DNA from: Polyangiales bacterium
Lineage (GTDB): Bacteria > Myxococcota_A > Polyangia > Polyangiales > Ga0077539
Direction of reading: 5' to 3'
Length of the DNA: 64,000 nt
Assembly: GCA_044229975.1 (NCBI GenBank)
Contig: JBGARZ010000001.1
Coordinates: 416,001 to 480,000 of the forward strand
In this document: one piece after another, positions 59,818 through 64,000 of the stretch
Layout: each line of letters begins with the position of its first letter
How positions within the stretch are numbered: the first letter of the stretch is position 1
Notes under the pieces: model-generated
Database searches by the model: none
What the model was told of the DNA's origin: nothing
Seen by the model: only the letters and a program-made list of their open reading frames with translations
Made by a program: the position numbers and the translations under genes

Positions 59818-60780
59818 ATGCCCTCCTCCCATGATCCCCCGGATGACGAGCCCCGCAGCTCACACCGGGGGATGATCCCGCGCGAAGACCTCCCCTTCCT
59901 CCCCCAAATCAAGTGGCGCTTCTGGGTGCCGGTGCTCGCGATCCTCGTCGCGTTCCCGCTGCTGTGGGGCATCAAGCGCGACCGCGAGGCGCAGCGCCGA
60001 CGCGAGCAGCTCCTGCGCGAGCACGCCTCGCTCACCGCCAGCCTCGGCCCCGACTATCGCTCCCTGCGGCGCTTCATCGACACCTCCGTCGTGGAGGCCG
60101 TCGGCCCCTACGCGGGTGACCTCCGCGACCCCGCGCTCACGATGGAAGACCTCGCCCGCGCGCCCGCCCTCTACGGCCGCGTGCGCGTCCACGAGGTGCG
60201 TCGCCCCGAGGACGTCGCCGCGTCGGTGCGCCACCGCTACCCCGACCAGCTCATGTCGTGCCTCGGCGTCGAGCCGGTGGCCGCGAGAGAGCTCCTGGAC
60301 AAGGGTGCCTTTCTGCTCCCGTCCTTCGTCGACGCCGTGCGCGCCGCGCCCTCCTCCGAGCGCCTGCACGCCCTCCGCGAAGACCTCATCTTCCGCCTCC
60401 GCCGCGACACCGGCTTCCTCGTCGGGGCCATGCGCCACCGCTACCTCGTGCTCGCCGTGGACGAGGCGCGCGCCTCCGTCGACGGGCCCACGCGGGTCTT
60501 CGTGTACGACCTCTCCGCCCGGCGCGTCGTGCTGCGGGCGCGCGGCGCGGGCACCGACGTGCGGGTGATTCCGTTTCAGATCGCGGGCCTCCCCTCGGCG
60601 CCTCCGCGGGCGCGCGCGCCGCTGTCGGGCGAGTCGGTGAGCAGCCACGACTGCTCCATCGCCAACGACGTCCGTCGCGGCCTCGGCATCGAGCCCATGG
60701 GCATGCTCAACGTCCCCGCCGCCCCGTCGCCCGCGGCCACCGACGGCGGCATTCCGGCGGCGGTCGACGCCCGTCCTTGA
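59818..60780 (+). CDS. Membrane-anchored hypothetical protein
   Basis: Single N-terminal TM; directly follows aglS; start uncertain. Confidence 0.7.
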   Translation: MPSSHDPPDDEPRSSHRGMIPREDLPFLPQIKWRFWVPVLAILVAFPLLWGIKRDREAQRRREQLLREHASLTASLGPDYRSLRRFIDTSVVEAVGPYAGDLRDPALTMEDLARAPALYGRVRVHEVRRPEDVAASVRHRYPDQLMSCLGVEPVAARELLDKGAFLLPSFVDAVRAAPSSERLHALREDLIFRLRRDTGFLVGAMRHRYLVLAVDEARASVDGPTRVFVYDLSARRVVLRARGAGTDVRVIPFQIAGLPSAPPRARAPLSGESVSSHDCSIANDVRRGLGIEPMGMLNVPAAPSPAATDGGIPAAVDARP

Positions 60781-60811
60781 CGACCCGCCGCACCTCGACG
60801 ACGTTTCCGCC

Positions 60812-61288
60812 GTGGTGACCCCTCCGGATGTCGAGTCCCTGCGATCGCGCCTGCGCGAGCACGTCGTCCGCAACAAGCTGAAGAGCTCGACGCGACGCGA
60901 GCTCATCCTGGAGACGCTGGCCACCATCGGGCGGCATGTCACCGCGGAAGAGCTGCTGCGCGACGTCCGCGTGCGCGACCCGCGCATCGGCGCGGCGACG
61001 GTGTACCGCACGCTGCGGGTGCTCCAGGACAGCGGCATCGTGGCCGAGCGGCACTTCGAGGGCGGCGCGTCGCGCTTCGAGCTGCTCGGCGACGACCACC
61101 ACGATCACCTCATCTGTACGGTTTGCGGCACCATCGTGGAGTTCGAGGACGAGGTCATCGAGCTGGAGCAGAAGCGCGTCGCCGTGGCCTACGGCTACGA
61201 GCTGGTCATGCACCGACACGAGCTCTACGGCATCTGCCCCAAGTGCCGCGCCAACAACGCCACGTCGCACCCGATGCGGCGGATGTAG
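60812..61288 (+). CDS. fur: Fur-family transcriptional regulator
   Basis: ATVYRTL, HHDHLICTVCG, YGICPKC. Confidence 0.92.
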   Translation: MVTPPDVESLRSRLREHVVRNKLKSSTRRELILETLATIGRHVTAEELLRDVRVRDPRIGAATVYRTLRVLQDSGIVAERHFEGGASRFELLGDDHHDHLICTVCGTIVEFEDEVIELEQKRVAVAYGYELVMHRHELYGICPKCRANNATSHPMRRM

Positions 61289-61289
61289 C

Positions 61290-62243
61290 TCAGCCCAGCC
61301 GCATCGGCAGCGGCATGAAGAGCAGCACGAAGAGCGCGAGGCTGAGCGCGGCGATGGCCTTGCGCGCGGGCGTGAGCTCGTCGTCGCCTGCGGGCGGGTG
61401 CTCGTCACCAGAGAGCCGCAGAACCACGCGCGTGACCAGCGCCCACGGGCCCCAGATGAGCGCCGGCTGGAAGTGGCCGAGGCTGAGCTGCCCGTGGGGC
61501 GTGGTGAGCGCGATGTACCCGCAGAGCGCGGCCGCGTAGACGAAGAGCGCGGAGATGAACCAGCGGGACCAGCGATCGGCGCGCGGCCCGAAGAGCGCGT
61601 AGGTGATGTGTCCGCCGTCGAGCTGACCCACGGGGAGCAGGTTGAGCATCGTCATGAAGAGGCCCGTCCAGCCGGCGAAGGCGACGGGGTGGAGCTGCAC
61701 GTCGTAGCCGTGGGGGATCGGGCCGCACACGACGCGCTTGAGCAGGAGGTAGAGCAGCGCGTCGCCCTCCAGCAGACCGCCGGGCGTGAGCGGCTCGACG
61801 GGAGAGAGCGCGAGGCCGACGGCCGTGATGGGGATGGCCAGGAGGAGGCCCGCGAGGGGGCCCGCGGCGCCGATGTCGACCAGCGCGTTGCGGCTGCCGA
61901 TGGGGTGCATGGAGATCACCGCGCCCATGGTCCCGAGCTGGTTGGGGAAGGGGACGAACATCGGCAGGCTCGCGGGCACCCGGTGGCGGCGCGCGAGCAC
62001 GTAGTGACCGAGCTCGTGGGTCACGAGGATCGCCAGCAACGGCACCGCGAAGCGCCAGCCCTGACCAAGCGCCCAGCCGAGCGTGCGGAGCGCGGCGACG
62101 AGGCCGTGACGGTTGTAGGCGAGGGAGACGAAGTCCTCCGGCGCGCGAGAGAGCGTCTGCGAAGCGCCCGCGTAGAAGACGCTCGCCACCGTCGCGACGA
62201 AGAGCGCCGCCGGGAGCAGCACGCGAGGGCGCTCGTCGCTCAT
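61290..62243 (-). CDS. Site-2 protease (M50 family)
   Basis: HELGH, GTMGAVI, AAGPLAG, NLLPVGQLDGGH. Confidence 0.93.
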   Translation of the reverse strand: MSDERPRVLLPAALFVATVASVFYAGASQTLSRAPEDFVSLAYNRHGLVAALRTLGWALGQGWRFAVPLLAILVTHELGHYVLARRHRVPASLPMFVPFPNQLGTMGAVISMHPIGSRNALVDIGAAGPLAGLLLAIPITAVGLALSPVEPLTPGGLLEGDALLYLLLKRVVCGPIPHGYDVQLHPVAFAGWTGLFMTMLNLLPVGQLDGGHITYALFGPRADRWSRWFISALFVYAAALCGYIALTTPHGQLSLGHFQPALIWGPWALVTRVVLRLSGDEHPPAGDDELTPARKAIAALSLALFVLLFMPLPMRLG

Positions 62244-62746
62244 CGCGACGGAGTCTCCCGGTGCCAGCGCGCGCGGGCCAGCGACAGCGACTCGGCCCAG
62301 TCGGCGACGACCCGGCCGCGCTCGGTCTCCACCGCCACGCAGCCGCGGGGAATGGAGGGGTCAGCGGCGACGTCGATCCACTCGATGGGCTCGTCGGCGG
62401 AGAGCGCGGCGGCCACGGAGCGACGCGCATCGATGACGTCGTCGGGGTGGACGCAGACGAGAAGGCGCCGCGCGCCGCGGGCTCGCGCGAGGGCCTGCGA
62501 CGTGAGCGCGTCGAGGGTCGACGGGTCGACGCGAACGGCGTGGCCGATGATTCCCTCCGCGACGTCGAAGGCCAGCGTCGCGAGCGCCTCGCGGCCGGCG
62601 ACGAGGGCGTCGTCGTAGCGAGCGCGCGCGGCCAGCTCCCACGCGACGACGGAGGCGGCGACCTCGGAGCGTGCGCGGTGGGAGAGCGATCGACGCGCGA
62701 GGGCGTCGGAGGCCCGGACGATGGTCAGGCCGCCCGCGCCGCTCAT
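62240..62746 (-). CDS. FliH/SctL-family protein
   Basis: LAFDVAEGIIG, VCVHPDD, ADPSIPRGCVAVETERG. Confidence 0.75.
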   Translation of the reverse strand: MSGAGGLTIVRASDALARRSLSHRARSEVAASVVAWELAARARYDDALVAGREALATLAFDVAEGIIGHAVRVDPSTLDALTSQALARARGARRLLVCVHPDDVIDARRSVAAALSADEPIEWIDVAADPSIPRGCVAVETERGRVVADWAESLSLARARWHRETPSR

Positions 62747-63312
62747 GGCGAACACACCGCCGCGGCCAGCGCGCGACAGTCGGCGGCGCGGTCGTTCATG
62801 CGAAGCGCGCGCTCGATGCGCGGCAGCATCGGGCCCGACAACGACGCGCGCAGCGCGAGCGACTCCAGCAGCGACGACCACTCGGGGAGCGTCAACGGGC
62901 GGCCCGCGACGTCGCGCGCACATCGCATCAGGAAGGTCGCGGTGGAGCGGCCCGCGCCGTCCAGCACCGGAGCCGTGGGGAGCGCGGTGCGAAGTGCCGA
63001 GAGAGCGGAGGGGCCGAGCTGGCGCACGAAGGGATCGCGGTCGGCCGCATCGAGCGAGCGCACCCACGCGGCGATGAAGCGGGCGCCCGTGCGATCGGAT
63101 GCGTCGGACTCGCGCGGCGGGGCGAGCAGGCGGAGCCCGGCGACGGCCAGCGAACGGGCCCGCGCGGCGCGGCTCTCGCCCGATCGGAGCGAGCGGGCGG
63201 TGGCCACGAGGCGTGTGCCCTCGGCGGCGTCGAAGACCGGGGCGAGGTGCGCGCCGTCGTCGCCCGCGAGGGCGAGGGTGAGCGCCGCGGCGTCCATGCG
63301 TCGGGAAGACAT
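62743..63312 (-). CDS. Hypothetical protein
   Basis: Stop overlaps the FliH/SctL-like start; start uncertain. Confidence 0.5.
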   Translation of the reverse strand: MSSRRMDAAALTLALAGDDGAHLAPVFDAAEGTRLVATARSLRSGESRAARARSLAVAGLRLLAPPRESDASDRTGARFIAAWVRSLDAADRDPFVRQLGPSALSALRTALPTAPVLDGAGRSTATFLMRCARDVAGRPLTLPEWSSLLESLALRASLSGPMLPRIERALRMNDRAADCRALAAAVCSP

Positions 63313-63373
63313 GGGAGGGGGAGGCGCAGCCTGACACGACGGAGGCGCCCGGCACCAGCGGTTGAAAACTCGC

Positions 63374-64000
63374 GTGACGACCCGCTGCCGCGCTATCGGC
63401 GAGAGGGTGCGGCACACGCGAGTCGGACTCCACCACTGGTTGCTCGGGCTGCTCGTCGCAGGCGCGCTCTGCCTCGCCCTGCCCCGCCTCGCCCTCGCGT
63501 GGACCGAGGCGCGGCCGGGTGATGCGGTCACGGAGTTCGAGCTCGGTGCGGATGGCAACGCCGTGGTCACCCAGCGGGTGCGCTGGCGCGTGCTCGCGGG
63601 GCGTCTCCATGAGTTCGAGCTGACGGAGCTTCCGGCCGACCTCTCGCTCATCGAGGCGACCGCCAACACCGCAACGGGAACGCCCGTCCCCATCACCGTG
63701 CGCGGCACCACGCCCGGTCGCTTGACGGTCACCCTCGGCGACCCCGGCGTCGGGCTCGCCCGCGGCTCCGTCGACGTCGTGCTGCGCTACGGCACCTCGC
63801 TGCGCGCGCAGGGCGCCATCCGTCGCACCGACGGCGACGCCATCATCGAGCTGCACGCCTGCCCCTGGGAGCGCGGGATGGAAGCCACCGAGCTGCGTGT
63901 CTCGCTACCCAGCGCCGAGCGGCGCGCCCGCTGGATCGCCGACGACGTCGACGGCGTCGACGCCACCGTCAACACCGAGCTCTCTCGCGACGTGCTCCGC
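63374..64000 (+). CDS. Exported protein, N-terminal part (runs off window)
   Basis: Open frame ...WLLGLLVAGALCLALPRLALA-WTEARPGD... to the window end; start GTG 63374 or 63407. Confidence 0.65.
   Translation, partial: MTTRCRAIGERVRHTRVGLHHWLLGLLVAGALCLALPRLALAWTEARPGDAVTEFELGADGNAVVTQRVRWRVLAGRLHEFELTELPADLSLIEATANTATGTPVPITVRGTTPGRLTVTLGDPGVGLARGSVDVVLRYGTSLRAQGAIRRTDGDAIIELHACPWERGMEATELRVSLPSAERRARWIADDVDGVDATVNTELSRDVLR

Overview
64-kb window from a very GC-rich bacterium, most likely Myxococcota (inferred from aglRQS-like motor genes, Cys-rich lipoproteins and a membrane Ser/Thr kinase). Most of it is core chromosome: rpsT, pyk, htpG, coaBC, mreBCD-mrdA-rodA, ccsA-like/hemA/hemC, pdhABC and fur. 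It also carries signalling loci: a bphO-bacteriophytochrome pair and a PhcB/PhcS/PhcR-like quorum-sensing triad. The standout is the non-coding interval 32510-33440. A promoter-like element precedes a 42-aa leader ORF with 15 Ser and 5 Cys codons, whose 3' end can pair with the 5' arm of a strong terminator-like hairpin. Downstream lie five divergent tRNA genes: one atypical tRNA-Cys(GCA) and all four tRNA-Ser isoacceptors (UGA, CGA, GCU, GGA). This looks like a ribosome-mediated attenuator that switches on a backup Ser/Cys tRNA operon when Ser/Cys decoding fails. A Schlafen/AlbA_2-type gene converges on the array. All calls come from manual motif reading and hand folding; no database searches were run.
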